From a virus (taxonomy: Duplodnaviria > Caudoviricetes), in IMG/VR virus record IMGVR_UViG_3300042549_001260, positions 1 through 57,515 of that record: DNA of 57,515 nt; one strand, written 5' to 3'. How positions within the stretch are numbered: the stretch's first letter is position 1; each line of letters starts with the position of its first letter. Made by a program: the position numbers and the translations under genes. A model generated the notes under the pieces. The model saw nothing but the letters and a program-made list of their open reading frames with translations. It was not told the DNA's origin and ran no database searches. Positions 1-9,556 of this stretch are shown piece after piece.

Positions 1-133
1 ATATTACGGACGACGAGAACTATTTTGATCTGTTGGAGAGGACTGCTGTACCTACTCAGCAAAAACCTCTTATCAACCCTGAGATATACTACATCCCTGA
101 CCCCAAAGTCCTTGAAGAAGGGCGTACGCAGGT
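1..133. repeat. Terminal overlap with window end (57383-57515); circular assembly overlap
   Basis: nt 8-133 are identical to 57390-57515; nt 1-7 (atattac) differ from 57383-57389 (atgttat) at 2 positions. Confidence 0.95.
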
Positions 134-485
134 TATCAACAAAGTTCTTGAGTATGCGCTGGAAAGATTGAGTGTACTCAACAAAGACGAGACCAGAACA
201 GACTTCAGTGTTCTTGAGGGTAAGCTTAAGAATTTTGTGAAGGTGGGAAGCCCTGAACGTGTGGAGATCATCAAGACGTTTGGTCCTGCAGCTTTGGCAG
301 ACCTGATGGCTACAGATAACCCCTACATCCAAGACTTGTTAAATACACCAGAGTTTGCAAGCCTAGTGGAACCCGCTAAGAATGTTGCCGGATTGAGAGC
401 AGTTGCTAATGATCCTAGAAGGTCTGAAGAAGAAAGAGAAGAAGCTAGACAACTTCTGCTAACGGACTTTGGAGTGTCGAGGTAA
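9..485 (+). CDS. 3' part of a putative internal virion protein whose 5' part starts at 56911 (joined ~318 aa)
   Basis: Same reading frame continues across the terminal overlap; stop overlaps the start of the 485 gene. Confidence 0.8.
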   Translation, partial: DDENYFDLLERTAVPTQQKPLINPEIYYIPDPKVLEEGRTQVINKVLEYALERLSVLNKDETRTDFSVLEGKLKNFVKVGSPERVEIIKTFGPAALADLMATDNPYIQDLLNTPEFASLVEPAKNVAGLRAVANDPRRSEEEREEARQLLLTDFGVSR

Positions 486-3400
486 TGGAAGAAGAAGATT
501 TTCTGACGAGCTACAAGAGAAAGCGTGAAGCCACACTTGAGACACTTCCGCAAACATCCCTACCTCCCGAAGAGACTGAAGAGGAAGACTTTCTAGAGGC
601 ATACAAGCAGAAGAGGCCCACTCAGCCAGAGCCTACTTTCGCACCTGTTGCAGTGACAGAAGAACCTGTTCCTTCAGACTTTATTAATCTAGAGAACAAG
701 GTTTATTCTGAGAACAGCCTGCTTGAGGAGGAGTTCTACCGTCCTATTGAAGGCTATATGGTTGACAGGTTTGGGGATCATATCAGAGACCTTGATCGTG
801 AAGATGTCGTCAATATGTACGCCAACAACATGCGTGGCTTCTCGGGTGGTAACTCTGTCCGTACAGTCAATGAGATTTCTTACCTCAATGAAATCAACGA
901 CGACGAAGAGAAGATGGCACGGGCTGGTCAAGCATACGAGATTTTTAATGGTATGCAGACGGTGTTTGGGGAAACCTCTTGGAGCGAAAAGGCTGAGATC
1001 GTACTGGACTACACTCGTTCCGCAGTGCTTGATCCTGTAAACGTCTTGTCGTTGGGTGCAGGTAAGGTTGCTACGGGTGGGGGCTTTAAACTTGGTTCCC
1101 AGATGGCTCTTATCTCTGCCAAGCAAGCATACAAAAAAGCTATCAACAAAGGCCTATCTATTTCGGATGCGACAGAGCTAGGTGCTAAGACCCTTCGGGT
1201 TGCAACTAAGATTGCCAAGAGAAAAGCTACCCGAGAGGCTACTAAACGTCAAGCTATCGAAGCTGCTGCTACCACTACCCTACAAAGAATGACGACGAGG
1301 ACTGCACTCAAGGAAGCTGCTGTTGTTGGCACCATTGAGTCTGCTATTGCCGCTGGTACAGACTACCTATATCAAGATGCCATGCTTCGCACTGCCGTTC
1401 AAGAGGAGTATAATGTCTATCAAACAGGTCTTTCTGCTGTAGTAGGTCTTGTGGCTGGTGGTCTCTCAGGTGCTGCGAGTAACGTAGGCACTGGGGCTTC
1501 AAGGACTGTTGCTCCAGAAAAGCTCAAAACATCTACTTTTGGGTCTAAGTCTCTTAGTAAGGTAGTCAACCAGACGCCATCAAGTGCTGCTACTCCTAGC
1601 TCTGCCCCCTATGTCCCCGGTGCTTCAAACTGGCTTAAGGACGTTGCTAAGGGTAAAGAGCTTGCAGATCAAGACTCTAAGTTTTTCTATACGATGCTCC
1701 TTGGGGATAGTGATAAGGGTCTGAAAGGTCTTGCCCACACCCTCCTCGAAGATGGTTACGTCTGGACACCCAGAACTGTAGACGACAAGGTGTCGAATTG
1801 GGTTGGGGATATTATCAAATACGCTGACCCTCAGGACGCTAAGAAGTTCATTGATGACTTCACTAAGGCCACTGGCATTGAAATGGCAGAAGGGAAGCAA
1901 CTCACTCTTGAGGCTTTTGCTGACACTTTCAAGAGGAAGATGAGTGACAGTGGCTATGTGATGAGTGCTGCGAGTCAGGTTGCAAGGCTCTTGGGCAGAG
2001 AAGCTAAGGACATTACTCTGGATGACTACGCCTCTGTAATCCTTGGGGGTGTCGGTTCTAAGACCTCAAAGGCCTCTGCAAAGGTGAAGACTCTGGGGGC
2101 GAAACTTGGTGATATTGTCGTAAGGGACATTCCAGATTTCCAGAACAACCTTATTAGACTTATGGTATCTAACCTCTCTACAACAGCACTGAACGTCACA
2201 GGCTACGCTGCAGCAAGCTCCCTCAACTCTGCGGCAGATGTTGCACGTGCTGTTTTGCTTGGTGGAAAAGCTGGCTTGGAGCTACTTACGAAACCTGCCA
2301 ATGCAAGAGAGACTGCCAGCAATGCTCTAGGGATTCTCGCTAACCAGAAGCAGAAGGCTCTCTTTACCCTTGACCCTAACACCACATACGACACCTTCTT
2401 AAGGTACTCTGAGTTGCGTCCTAAGTCAATGTCACAGTTGACACAAGTGCTTCCCGGTGGCGTAGAGTCTCTCGAAAAGCTTGGTAAAGGGTTTGACCCA
2501 GACAAACCTCTGCTGACCCTTGCCTCTAACCAAGCAGTTGACTTTATTGCGAGACTTAACTTTGTGTCTGCTCAGGATGGCTACACTAAGTCTATTGAGT
2601 TCTTGACACAAATGGATAAACTTCTTCGTCGCCCAGAGAAAGAGGGTGGCTTTGGTATGTCTTGGAACCAGTTCTTCTCTGCACCTGACCAGCACAAGAA
2701 GATGTTGTCTGAACGGTTTGTAACACTCGAAGCCAAGGCTGTGAACGACACGCTGGAGACAGTGTTCTCTAAGTCCTATAAGGGTGAAGACTTCATCGGA
2801 GAGGTTGCAGGGGTTATTGAGGATGCCCGTAACATTCCCGGTATCGGTATGCTTGTACCTTTTGGTCGCTTCTTCAATAACACTATTGGGGCTGCTTACG
2901 ATGCCACTGGAATACTACCATTTATCTCTAAAGTCTTTGGGGGAGAGCAAGACAAATTCTACTCTGAGATTTTTGCCAAGGGTGTAGTTTCATTGTCGCT
3001 ACTCAGCATACTTGCAAAGCGTGAGGAAGGCTTCATTGACTTGGGTCTTGGCTGGAGCGAAGAGATTGATGCAGAGACAGGGGAGATTATTGATGAGCGT
3101 TATGAATTCCCCTACGGTGCTTACAAGGCTGCAGCAAGAATTGTAGCGATGCAAAACAAGGGTCAAGAAGTCCCTAAAGAATTGGTTGCTCAGATTGGGG
3201 ACCAGTTCTTGGGACAGCTTACAAGACAGCTAGGAGAGGCTGGGGAAGGTCTTGGCAACATCTTTACCATCTTGTTCTCGGATGAAGGTCCAGATTTCTC
3301 GGAGGTTCTTTCCGGGATTTCCGGGACGATTGGCTCTCAGGTTGTTTCTGCAGCTACCCGTCCTTTGGAACCCCTCAACGTGCTTGCTGGTTTGAGCAGA

Positions 3401-4027
3401 GACGAAGAGTACTACACCCCTGATAGGAACCAAGGGGAGAAGGCAGTAAACAACTCTATGCGTTACCTAGATCAGATTATTGCCCTGTTCCGTGGTAATG
3501 AGAATGTATCTCCACCTGCGTTCAGTGCAGCAGAGGGCAAGCCTCGTACTACCCCTTCGCGTCTGATCTCTACGACTAGGGCGACAAAGCTAACTAACGT
3601 TGAAAGGGTGATGAACTCTATCGGTAAAGATACTTGGACTGCCAGTATGTCATCTCTCTCTGATGCTGCAGACAGTAGGTACAATGATATCTTCAACACT
3701 ATGGTTGAGAGGGGGGCACTGGACCTGTGGAACTCTAAGTCTTTCCGAGAAGGTGATTTAGAGTTGAAAAGAAACAAGGTTGCTACTCTCCTTAATAGTG
3801 CTAAGGAGTCTACTTTGTCATTCATGGAGAGTGGTGCTGCAAGGGGTGGGGATACGCAGTCTGCTCAGAGGATCAGGATTTCAAGGGGTGGTAAGTCTAA
3901 AGAGGCTATCCGTAGGACTATGGAGAAAATTGGCCTCGACAAAGAGTTTGAGGAGTTGTCCCCACAAGAGTTGGATGTCTTAGAGGCTACCCTTAAGTAC
4001 ACAGATGAATTCCTTAAGAACAAATAA
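485..4027 (+). CDS. Large putative internal virion (ejection) protein, 1180 aa
   Basis: Last and long gene of the structural arm, helical with Gly/Ala-rich hydrophobic segments; call is positional. Confidence 0.6.
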   Translation: MEEEDFLTSYKRKREATLETLPQTSLPPEETEEEDFLEAYKQKRPTQPEPTFAPVAVTEEPVPSDFINLENKVYSENSLLEEEFYRPIEGYMVDRFGDHIRDLDREDVVNMYANNMRGFSGGNSVRTVNEISYLNEINDDEEKMARAGQAYEIFNGMQTVFGETSWSEKAEIVLDYTRSAVLDPVNVLSLGAGKVATGGGFKLGSQMALISAKQAYKKAINKGLSISDATELGAKTLRVATKIAKRKATREATKRQAIEAAATTTLQRMTTRTALKEAAVVGTIESAIAAGTDYLYQDAMLRTAVQEEYNVYQTGLSAVVGLVAGGLSGAASNVGTGASRTVAPEKLKTSTFGSKSLSKVVNQTPSSAATPSSAPYVPGASNWLKDVAKGKELADQDSKFFYTMLLGDSDKGLKGLAHTLLEDGYVWTPRTVDDKVSNWVGDIIKYADPQDAKKFIDDFTKATGIEMAEGKQLTLEAFADTFKRKMSDSGYVMSAASQVARLLGREAKDITLDDYASVILGGVGSKTSKASAKVKTLGAKLGDIVVRDIPDFQNNLIRLMVSNLSTTALNVTGYAAASSLNSAADVARAVLLGGKAGLELLTKPANARETASNALGILANQKQKALFTLDPNTTYDTFLRYSELRPKSMSQLTQVLPGGVESLEKLGKGFDPDKPLLTLASNQAVDFIARLNFVSAQDGYTKSIEFLTQMDKLLRRPEKEGGFGMSWNQFFSAPDQHKKMLSERFVTLEAKAVNDTLETVFSKSYKGEDFIGEVAGVIEDARNIPGIGMLVPFGRFFNNTIGAAYDATGILPFISKVFGGEQDKFYSEIFAKGVVSLSLLSILAKREEGFIDLGLGWSEEIDAETGEIIDERYEFPYGAYKAAARIVAMQNKGQEVPKELVAQIGDQFLGQLTRQLGEAGEGLGNIFTILFSDEGPDFSEVLSGISGTIGSQVVSAATRPLEPLNVLAGLSRDEEYYTPDRNQGEKAVNNSMRYLDQIIALFRGNENVSPPAFSAAEGKPRTTPSRLISTTRATKLTNVERVMNSIGKDTWTASMSSLSDAADSRYNDIFNTMVERGALDLWNSKSFREGDLELKRNKVATLLNSAKESTLSFMESGAARGGDTQSAQRIRISRGGKSKEAIRRTMEKIGLDKEFEELSPQELDVLEATLKYTDEFLKNK

Positions 4028-4056
4028 AAAGAGAGGGGGTCTGCGGCCCCCTTTTC
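4026..4056. terminator. Bidirectional rho-independent terminator between the convergent arms
   Basis: A-run, GC stem agggggtc/ggccccct, then T-run, located between convergent stop codons. Confidence 0.85.
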
Positions 4057-4063
4057 ATTAAGT

Positions 4064-4258
4064 TCAATCTTCAAGCATATAGTCAGCCCACTCTTCGGCT
4101 TCCCTCTTGATCTCTTCCCTTCTTACGAGGCCAGTAGACCTTGAGAGGAGTGCATTCATGGCCATTCCCATTAGATAGATTTTGGAGGTCATGGGCTTAG
4201 GGGGTGCACTATACCTCTTCTTTGCTCTGAACTCCTTGGCCTCTTCTTCGATTTTCAT
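4064..4258 (-). CDS. Hypothetical protein (start re-called at MKIEEE)
   Basis: Last ORF of the minus arm; overlaps the upstream ORF. Confidence 0.6.
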   Translation of the reverse strand: MKIEEEAKEFRAKKRYSAPPKPMTSKIYLMGMAMNALLSRSTGLVRREEIKREAEEWADYMLED

Positions 4259-4400
4259 TGTCTCTGACCCATTCCAAGTTTCGGGAATAGGCTTTGTTGA
4301 ATCCAAACTCCCAATCTCTGTACTTTGTTGTGTCTTCGTGGTACGGGTTTGTGGTCTGCCCTTTGCCAAAATCTTTGTATCCTTGTTCAAATGCGTTCAT
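4209..4400 (-). CDS. Ribosome modulation factor (RMF)-like small protein
   Basis: Pattern AFEQGY...G...NPY......W..G resembles the RMF family. Confidence 0.45.
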   Translation of the reverse strand: MNAFEQGYKDFGKGQTTNPYHEDTTKYRDWEFGFNKAYSRNLEWVRDNENRRRGQGVQSKEEV

Positions 4401-4464
4401 CAGTCTTCTCCACTGAGCGCCCAGATTGTAAATATCACGAAAGCTAAGATTATTAGACTGGTAG

Positions 4465-4662
4465 TCATGCAGGGTCTCCCCAGTTGTGGCAAGTGTATAT
4501 CACTGTGTGGTCTGGTATCTCACCCCTTGCAGCAGCTTCCTGATTAAGTACAATCATGCTCTGCGCTGTTGTGGTACACCCCTCTACACTAAGGAATACC
4601 TCTGGTGGAGAGATGGTCCTACACTCATTCATGGTGCAGATGAGGAATACAAGAGAGATCAT
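4465..4662 (-). CDS. Hypothetical Cys-containing protein (start MISLV)
   Basis: ATGA overlap with the upstream gene. Confidence 0.55.
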   Translation of the reverse strand: MISLVFLICTMNECRTISPPEVFLSVEGCTTTAQSMIVLNQEAAARGEIPDHTVIYTCHNWGDPA

Positions 4663-4913
4663 CCTAGCTTCTCCATGAAAGCTATGAGTCGCTTGTGGTA
4701 CCACTCTGCCTTACGCAAGTCTTCCAAACCATTCTTGTAACGCCAGCGATGATTGTACTTAGCGATGTTCCCACGCAGGTAACCGATGTACTCATCAGGG
4801 CTGAGAAAGTCTTCAATGTAGTCGATACACTCAATCTTTCCTTTGCCGTAGTGTGCAGGGCTGTTTACCATGTCTGCTGTCGTTTGACTTGCTGTCGTCT
4901 GACTGTCTGTCAT
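4659..4913 (-). CDS. DUF3310 / T7 gp1.7-like nucleotide kinase-related protein
   Basis: VNSPAHY..G.IECID...GNIAKY..R..YKNGLEDL.KA.WY signature. Confidence 0.85.
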   Translation of the reverse strand: MTDSQTTASQTTADMVNSPAHYGKGKIECIDYIEDFLSPDEYIGYLRGNIAKYNHRWRYKNGLEDLRKAEWYHKRLIAFMEKLG

Positions 4914-5620
4914 AGCTTCTCATCCTCGAATGCCACGATCCACTGCTTACAGATGTCACTGCGAACAATGTCATCCACTCCGAACTCAACGATAGGCACA
5001 GGCAGATTGTGCTTCTTAACAAGATGGATGATCGTTGCTAGGCCCGACTTACCACCAATATCTGACTGCTTTATGTCACCGTTGATTACAACTTTACAGT
5101 CTTTTCCAATTCGAGTCAAGAACATTTTAATCTCAGCAATGGAAGTGTTCTGTGCTTCGTCTAAGATAATGAAAGCATTCTTGAACGACCGTCCCCGCAT
5201 AGTAGATAGGGGTGCCATTTCGATATTGCCGTTCTTGATCCCAGTCTCTACCGTACCCTTGCCCAATTGTTCATTGAGAACATCCAGCACAGGTGCAGCC
5301 CAAGGGGCAAACTTCTCTTCAAGAGTGCCGGGGAAGTACCCTAAGTCCTTACCTACAGACACATTAGGACGAGTCAGAATAATCTTGCTGATCTCTCTGT
5401 TGGCGTACATGTTGGCTGCATAGGTGGCTGCAAGGAAGGTCTTGCCTGTGCCAGAGAACCCGCAGACAATCACTTGATCTGAACTGCCCAGATGTTTGAG
5501 ATAGAGTGCTTGATTGTCGTTGAGTGGCTTAATAGCAACAGTACGCATTGCACCTTCTTGTTCAGAATTCTTGTATCGTGACACCCGTTTGCCTTTAGGT
5601 TTCTCCAGAGTCATCTTCAA
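4910..5620 (-). CDS. phoH: PhoH-like ATPase
   Basis: GFSGTGKT, LTRP, LGYFPG, MRGRSF, ILDEAQN, GDIKQSD, IVRS motifs. Confidence 0.95.
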   Translation of the reverse strand: MKMTLEKPKGKRVSRYKNSEQEGAMRTVAIKPLNDNQALYLKHLGSSDQVIVCGFSGTGKTFLAATYAANMYANREISKIILTRPNVSVGKDLGYFPGTLEEKFAPWAAPVLDVLNEQLGKGTVETGIKNGNIEMAPLSTMRGRSFKNAFIILDEAQNTSIAEIKMFLTRIGKDCKVVINGDIKQSDIGGKSGLATIIHLVKKHNLPVPIVEFGVDDIVRSDICKQWIVAFEDEKL

Positions 5621-5777
5621 CCTCCACGTTTAAGATACCTTGTTCACCCAGATCAAGGAGCATCTGCACCACAACCTGTTCTATTTCATCTAAGTCCCTC
5701 TTAATCCACCAAGAGAGTAAGACGTTCACTACGAGTCCAACTAGGATAGCTATTTCAATGACCACTGTATGCTCCAC
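5595..5777 (-). CDS. Small membrane protein
   Basis: One N-terminal hydrophobic helix, acidic tail. Confidence 0.55.
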   Translation of the reverse strand: MEHTVVIEIAILVGLVVNVLLSWWIKRDLDEIEQVVVQMLLDLGEQGILNVEVEDDSGET

Positions 5778-5790
5778 AAAGGTTGTGTTG

Positions 5791-5818
5791 TGAGCAGTTT
5801 ATCATCATGCTCAGGATG
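5791..5818 (-). ncRNA. Compact H-type RNA pseudoknot (candidate cis element)
   Basis: Minus strand CATC-C-TGAGCA-T-GATG-ATAAAC-TGCTCA: S1 CATC/GATG, S2 TGAGCA/TGCTCA, intergenic. Confidence 0.55.
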
Positions 5819-5828
5819 TGGCAAGGTT

Positions 5829-7565
5829 TTAGATACTATCGCAACTACGCATACCAGTCTCAGGGTCGATATAGCAGGCACCACCCTCTACTACGGTTTC
5901 GTCGTTCTCTTCCTTAGATTCGATGACATCCTCTGATGCAGATGAGTTAAGGATGCCACCACGCTTTCCAGAAGCTCGGAACGTAGTGCAACCCTTAGCC
6001 CCACCCTGCCAAGCCTGCATATAGACGTTCTTGAACTCCTCCCAAGTCACATCCGCACCTACGTTACAAGTCTTGGAGCAAGCACTATCTACCCACTTCT
6101 GTGCAGCAGTAAGCATGTTTACATGGTCTTGGACAGAAATCTGACTTGCGGTGATGCACTCTACGCCCCACTCACGGAAAGCGTAGTCTTCAACCTTCTC
6201 GTACATGGGGCCATCAGCCGTTTGGATAGTCCTAGTGTACGACAAAGAAAAGACTGGTTCAAGACCCGAGGAGATATTGTTAGCAGTAAGACTGATGGTC
6301 CCAGTAGGTGCAATAGAAGTAAGGTGCGAGTTACGGATACCAAACTTCTTAATCTTTAACTGCACCTCATAGTCCAGATTCTCTACGAACTTAGACTTCA
6401 AGTACTTTTCTTCGTCATAGGCAGGGAACGGACCTTTCTCAGCAGCGATAGTGGCGGATGCAGAGTAACACCAGTTTGCAAGGTGCTCCAAGACCTTCTC
6501 AGTAAAGTTCGTCGCCTCTTTAGAGCCATATCGAAACCCGAGAGCGCCAAGAGCATTACCAAGACCAGTTACCCCCAGACCCATACGGCGCTTACTCTTA
6601 GCTTCTGCTTCTTGTTGGGGCAGAGGGTAGATAGTCTCGTCGATCACGTTATCCATGGCACGAACAACATAAGGGACATCGTGCTGCAGTAGTGACCAGT
6701 TGAAAGCAAAACCTTCCTCAGTACGATAGACATACTTGGTAAGATTAAAACTGCCCAACAAGCAAGCCCCATAAGGAGGAAGAGGTTGTTCACCACAGGG
6801 GTTAGTCGCAGAAATGTCTTCCATGTAGTATAGGTTGTTCATTTCATTGACACGATCAATAAAGATCACACCCGGCTCTGCCCAGTCCCAGTTCACTCGG
6901 AGCATTGCATCCCACAAGTTACGTGCACGGACAGTATCAAAAATACGTTCCTCAAACACAAGGTCAAAAGGCTCGTCGTTTTTTACAGCTTCCATGAACT
7001 TGTCAGTGACCAAGACTGAGATGTTGAACTGGGTTAGGCTGCTGCTGTTAGCCTTGGCTGTGATGAACTCCATGATGTCAGGGTGATCGACACGAAGACA
7101 GCCCATCTGAGCACCACGACGATGCCCTGCCGAAGCAATAGTCTTACAGATAGCATCCATGATACCCATGAACGACACAGGGCCTGAGGCTTGGCTACCC
7201 AGAGACTTGATACGAGCACCCTTGGGGCGGATACTAGAGAAGTCGTAGCCTACACCACCACCCATCTGCATCGTCTTAGCGGCTTCCGTTGCAACCTCCA
7301 TGATGCCCATAAGGTTGTCAGGAACCTTCTGCATAACAAAACAGTTAAAGGCAGTGACCTTACGGTAAGAGCCTGCGGCACTCTGCACACGTCCACCGGG
7401 TAGGAAGCGTTGCTCTTTCAGGATTTCATTGAACTTGGCGTAGTGGTTTTTGTCGTCGGTCAGGGCTTCTGCCACACGAGCACATTTCTGCCCATAGGTT
7501 TCACCCTCTTGACGGTACTTAACTTCGTCAGCCCAGATTGCAATCGGGATAGTCGGTCCAGTCAT
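5829..7565 (-). CDS. nrdJ: Class II (adenosylcobalamin-dependent) ribonucleotide reductase
   Basis: FNCF, RRGAQMG, TNPCGEQPL, CLLGS, IAPTGTIS, KGCTTFR, C-terminal Cys pair; no nrdB gene seen. Confidence 0.9.
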   Translation of the reverse strand: MTGPTIPIAIWADEVKYRQEGETYGQKCARVAEALTDDKNHYAKFNEILKEQRFLPGGRVQSAAGSYRKVTAFNCFVMQKVPDNLMGIMEVATEAAKTMQMGGGVGYDFSSIRPKGARIKSLGSQASGPVSFMGIMDAICKTIASAGHRRGAQMGCLRVDHPDIMEFITAKANSSSLTQFNISVLVTDKFMEAVKNDEPFDLVFEERIFDTVRARNLWDAMLRVNWDWAEPGVIFIDRVNEMNNLYYMEDISATNPCGEQPLPPYGACLLGSFNLTKYVYRTEEGFAFNWSLLQHDVPYVVRAMDNVIDETIYPLPQQEAEAKSKRRMGLGVTGLGNALGALGFRYGSKEATNFTEKVLEHLANWCYSASATIAAEKGPFPAYDEEKYLKSKFVENLDYEVQLKIKKFGIRNSHLTSIAPTGTISLTANNISSGLEPVFSLSYTRTIQTADGPMYEKVEDYAFREWGVECITASQISVQDHVNMLTAAQKWVDSACSKTCNVGADVTWEEFKNVYMQAWQGGAKGCTTFRASGKRGGILNSSASEDVIESKEENDETVVEGGACYIDPETGMRSCDSI

Positions 7566-7628
7566 TGTTTCTTCTCTTTCAGGTTTTTAAGTTTCGTAGC
7601 AGAATCTTTTTGCAGGACTCTAGCATGG

Positions 7629-7793
7629 CTAATCCACTATGATTGCAACACGGTGGGCTTGCACAATGATGCGGTTTGTGGTGAGGTCATGCTTGGCTGT
7701 CACAGGGTTCTGGGAGGACCAGTCAACTAGCACAACTGGAACCCCCTTGTCTTGCACTTTATATAGTTTGTCGATAAGCTCTTGCACTGTCAT
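7629..7793 (-). CDS. Hypothetical protein (MTVQELIDKL family)
   Basis: ATGA overlap with the upstream gene; common phage N-terminus. Confidence 0.6.
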   Translation of the reverse strand: MTVQELIDKLYKVQDKGVPVVLVDWSSQNPVTAKHDLTTNRIIVQAHRVAIIVD

Positions 7794-7954
7794 TCTAGTT
7801 TCCTTACAGCAAGTGCTGCCAAAAAGGCGATGAGGATAATAATGGATATACCAACCCAAAAAGGACTGAAAACCCACCACCAAGACCATGTGATCGAACC
7901 GACTAGTTTTAGTCCGATGAAGAGCGTTGTCAAGAGGTAGATGAAAATCCCCAT
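7790..7954 (-). CDS. 54-aa two-helix membrane protein (absent from the ORF track)
   Basis: Own translation: MGIFIYLLTTLFIGLKLVGSITWSWWWVFSPFWVGISIIILIAFLAALAVRKLE; LKL.G.I.WSWWWV..P.W is a common phage membrane motif; overlaps both neighbours. Confidence 0.75.
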   Translation of the reverse strand: MGIFIYLLTTLFIGLKLVGSITWSWWWVFSPFWVGISIIILIAFLAALAVRKLE

Positions 7955-8340
7955 CAGATTAAATCCTCCAATTCGACTGCAGGATAGTCAGGGTTCTTCA
8001 TGATCTTCCCGTCTTCTCTTCGCTTTACGGTTCCGTCTGGCTGTACACAACGACCGATATTGTTGTCATGCACACGCTCTACAGCCTCATCCAGATTGTA
8101 CCCAGCAGCAAGAGCATACCCGTAGATCACATACACAAGGTCTGCAAGCTCCTTCAAGTCCTTCACGGTGTGTGGCGACTCTTTGCACCACTCCTCGTAT
8201 TCCTCGCAGATCAATCTCTGATATAGTGCCACATCAGGTTTTTGATCCAGAACTTTAGAGAACTCCCTCACCAGTACGGACGGGGTGTATTGCTTCTCTT
8301 GTTCAAAGTAGCCTAGTCCTGTGTCGTCCCACTTAGCCAT
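7954..8340 (-). CDS. MazG-like all-alpha NTP pyrophosphohydrolase
   Basis: EEYEE...KELADLVYVIYG...VHDNN...REDGKIMK motifs. Confidence 0.85.
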   Translation of the reverse strand: MAKWDDTGLGYFEQEKQYTPSVLVREFSKVLDQKPDVALYQRLICEEYEEWCKESPHTVKDLKELADLVYVIYGYALAAGYNLDEAVERVHDNNIGRCVQPDGTVKRREDGKIMKNPDYPAVELEDLI

Positions 8341-8497
8341 TTTCTACCTCCAGTACTTCCAGTGTGTGTAGTGTCAGATCATCGGTGTCAAACACTGCGG
8401 ATTCAATTAGACTGTAGACATTCTCTATCTCATCGTCAGTGCCAGCAAAGGCTGCTTCGGGATGGACGCCAACAAGGATTGTTACTTCATAGTTCAT
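8333..8497 (-). CDS. 54-aa acidic hypothetical protein
   Basis: Own translation MNYEVTILVGVHPEAAF...; fills the gap and overlaps both neighbours. Confidence 0.55.
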   Translation of the reverse strand: MNYEVTILVGVHPEAAFAGTDDEIENVYSLIESAVFDTDDLTLHTLEVLEVENG

Positions 8498-9273
8498 TCT
8501 GCATACTCTCGCATAATTTGCTTGAGGGAGACAAACTCAGGTTCATACAAACCATTCTCCAACTCGCGTTTCACCACAACACCGTGCCACCACTGTCTGT
8601 TTGCTTGACCTGCCCAGTGTTCCTCTCCACCCTTGTAGCAGCCCACCACGAGGCCAATGTTGCCATGGGGTAGCCCACCATCCTTGAAGTACATGTCACG
8701 CTTGTGAGAGTGCCCACAGGTGGCAGAGCAGCCAAGGTTATTTACCATACTATAAGCATGATGGATGCCGCTAGTAGCAGTAGAAGAATTACCAGAAGTG
8801 AAGTAGTGCGCGTAGGCCACCTTGTCGTAGAGGGCAATGGCTGGTCCACTGTTTTCGTACTCGTGGTATTCGTCGAAGTAGTGGTCTGTTTGAAGATGGC
8901 TAAAGGAAACCCCGTACTTTTCTCCCTCATTCCTTGGGTTAACGGCGAGGTACTTTTTAATTCGGTTCTCGTGGTTTCCTTCGAATCCCACCCAAAAAGG
9001 TCGCTTCTTCCGATGGTGTCTGAATGGGTGTCGGAGGAGTTCTTGGGATAAGTTATAGGACTCAATATCCTTTTCATAACTTTGTGAAGCCAGTGCTTTA
9101 GGGTATCTTTCATCATAGCTGTTGAGAGACCTCATGTCTGCTCCATCACCCAAATCCAATACCATATCTGGCTTGAGATCATAGAGGAAATTTCCTAGTG
9201 CTTTGAATCGCAGGCTGCTTGTTGTAGAGTCGGCATGTGCACACGAGTATACTACGACTGTTTTAGTAGCCAT
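8494..9273 (-). CDS. Calcineurin-like metallophosphoesterase
   Basis: LGDGAD, EGNHE, YAH, GHSH motifs; the first motif is CxH rather than DxH. Confidence 0.85.
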   Translation of the reverse strand: MATKTVVVYSCAHADSTTSSLRFKALGNFLYDLKPDMVLDLGDGADMRSLNSYDERYPKALASQSYEKDIESYNLSQELLRHPFRHHRKKRPFWVGFEGNHENRIKKYLAVNPRNEGEKYGVSFSHLQTDHYFDEYHEYENSGPAIALYDKVAYAHYFTSGNSSTATSGIHHAYSMVNNLGCSATCGHSHKRDMYFKDGGLPHGNIGLVVGCYKGGEEHWAGQANRQWWHGVVVKRELENGLYEPEFVSLKQIMREYAE

Positions 9274-9274
9274 A

Positions 9275-9556
9275 TTAAGGCTCCTTGTTATTGAGAACGA
9301 TTGGGTTCAGGCTGGTACGGAAGTGGTTTACCAAGACATACGCCTCGTCGAGATTATCAAACCAGAATTCTGCATCAAACACATCTTTACCACGGGAAAC
9401 TTTCAGAACCAGCATCGTCGATTCAGGTGGGAAACCACAGTCTGGGAGGTCTTCTGCAGAAAATGGCCCCTCAATGATACCCCAGAGTAGTGTCTGTTCA
9501 GGTTCTTCCTCTTTTCTTGAGAACTTCTTTCGTAACCAGTTTAGCATTCTTGTCAC
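9275..9556 (-). CDS. Hypothetical protein
   Basis: ORF tiles the operon. Confidence 0.6.
   Translation of the reverse strand: MTRMLNWLRKKFSRKEEEPEQTLLWGIIEGPFSAEDLPDCGFPPESTMLVLKVSRGKDVFDAEFWFDNLDEAYVLVNHFRTSLNPIVLNNKEP

Noticed and set aside
7905-7934. CTTGAC-N17-TAAAACT promoter upstream of nrdJ
   Set aside because: Plausible, but it lies within the conserved codons of the 54-aa membrane gene, so it may be coincidental; not listed as a feature
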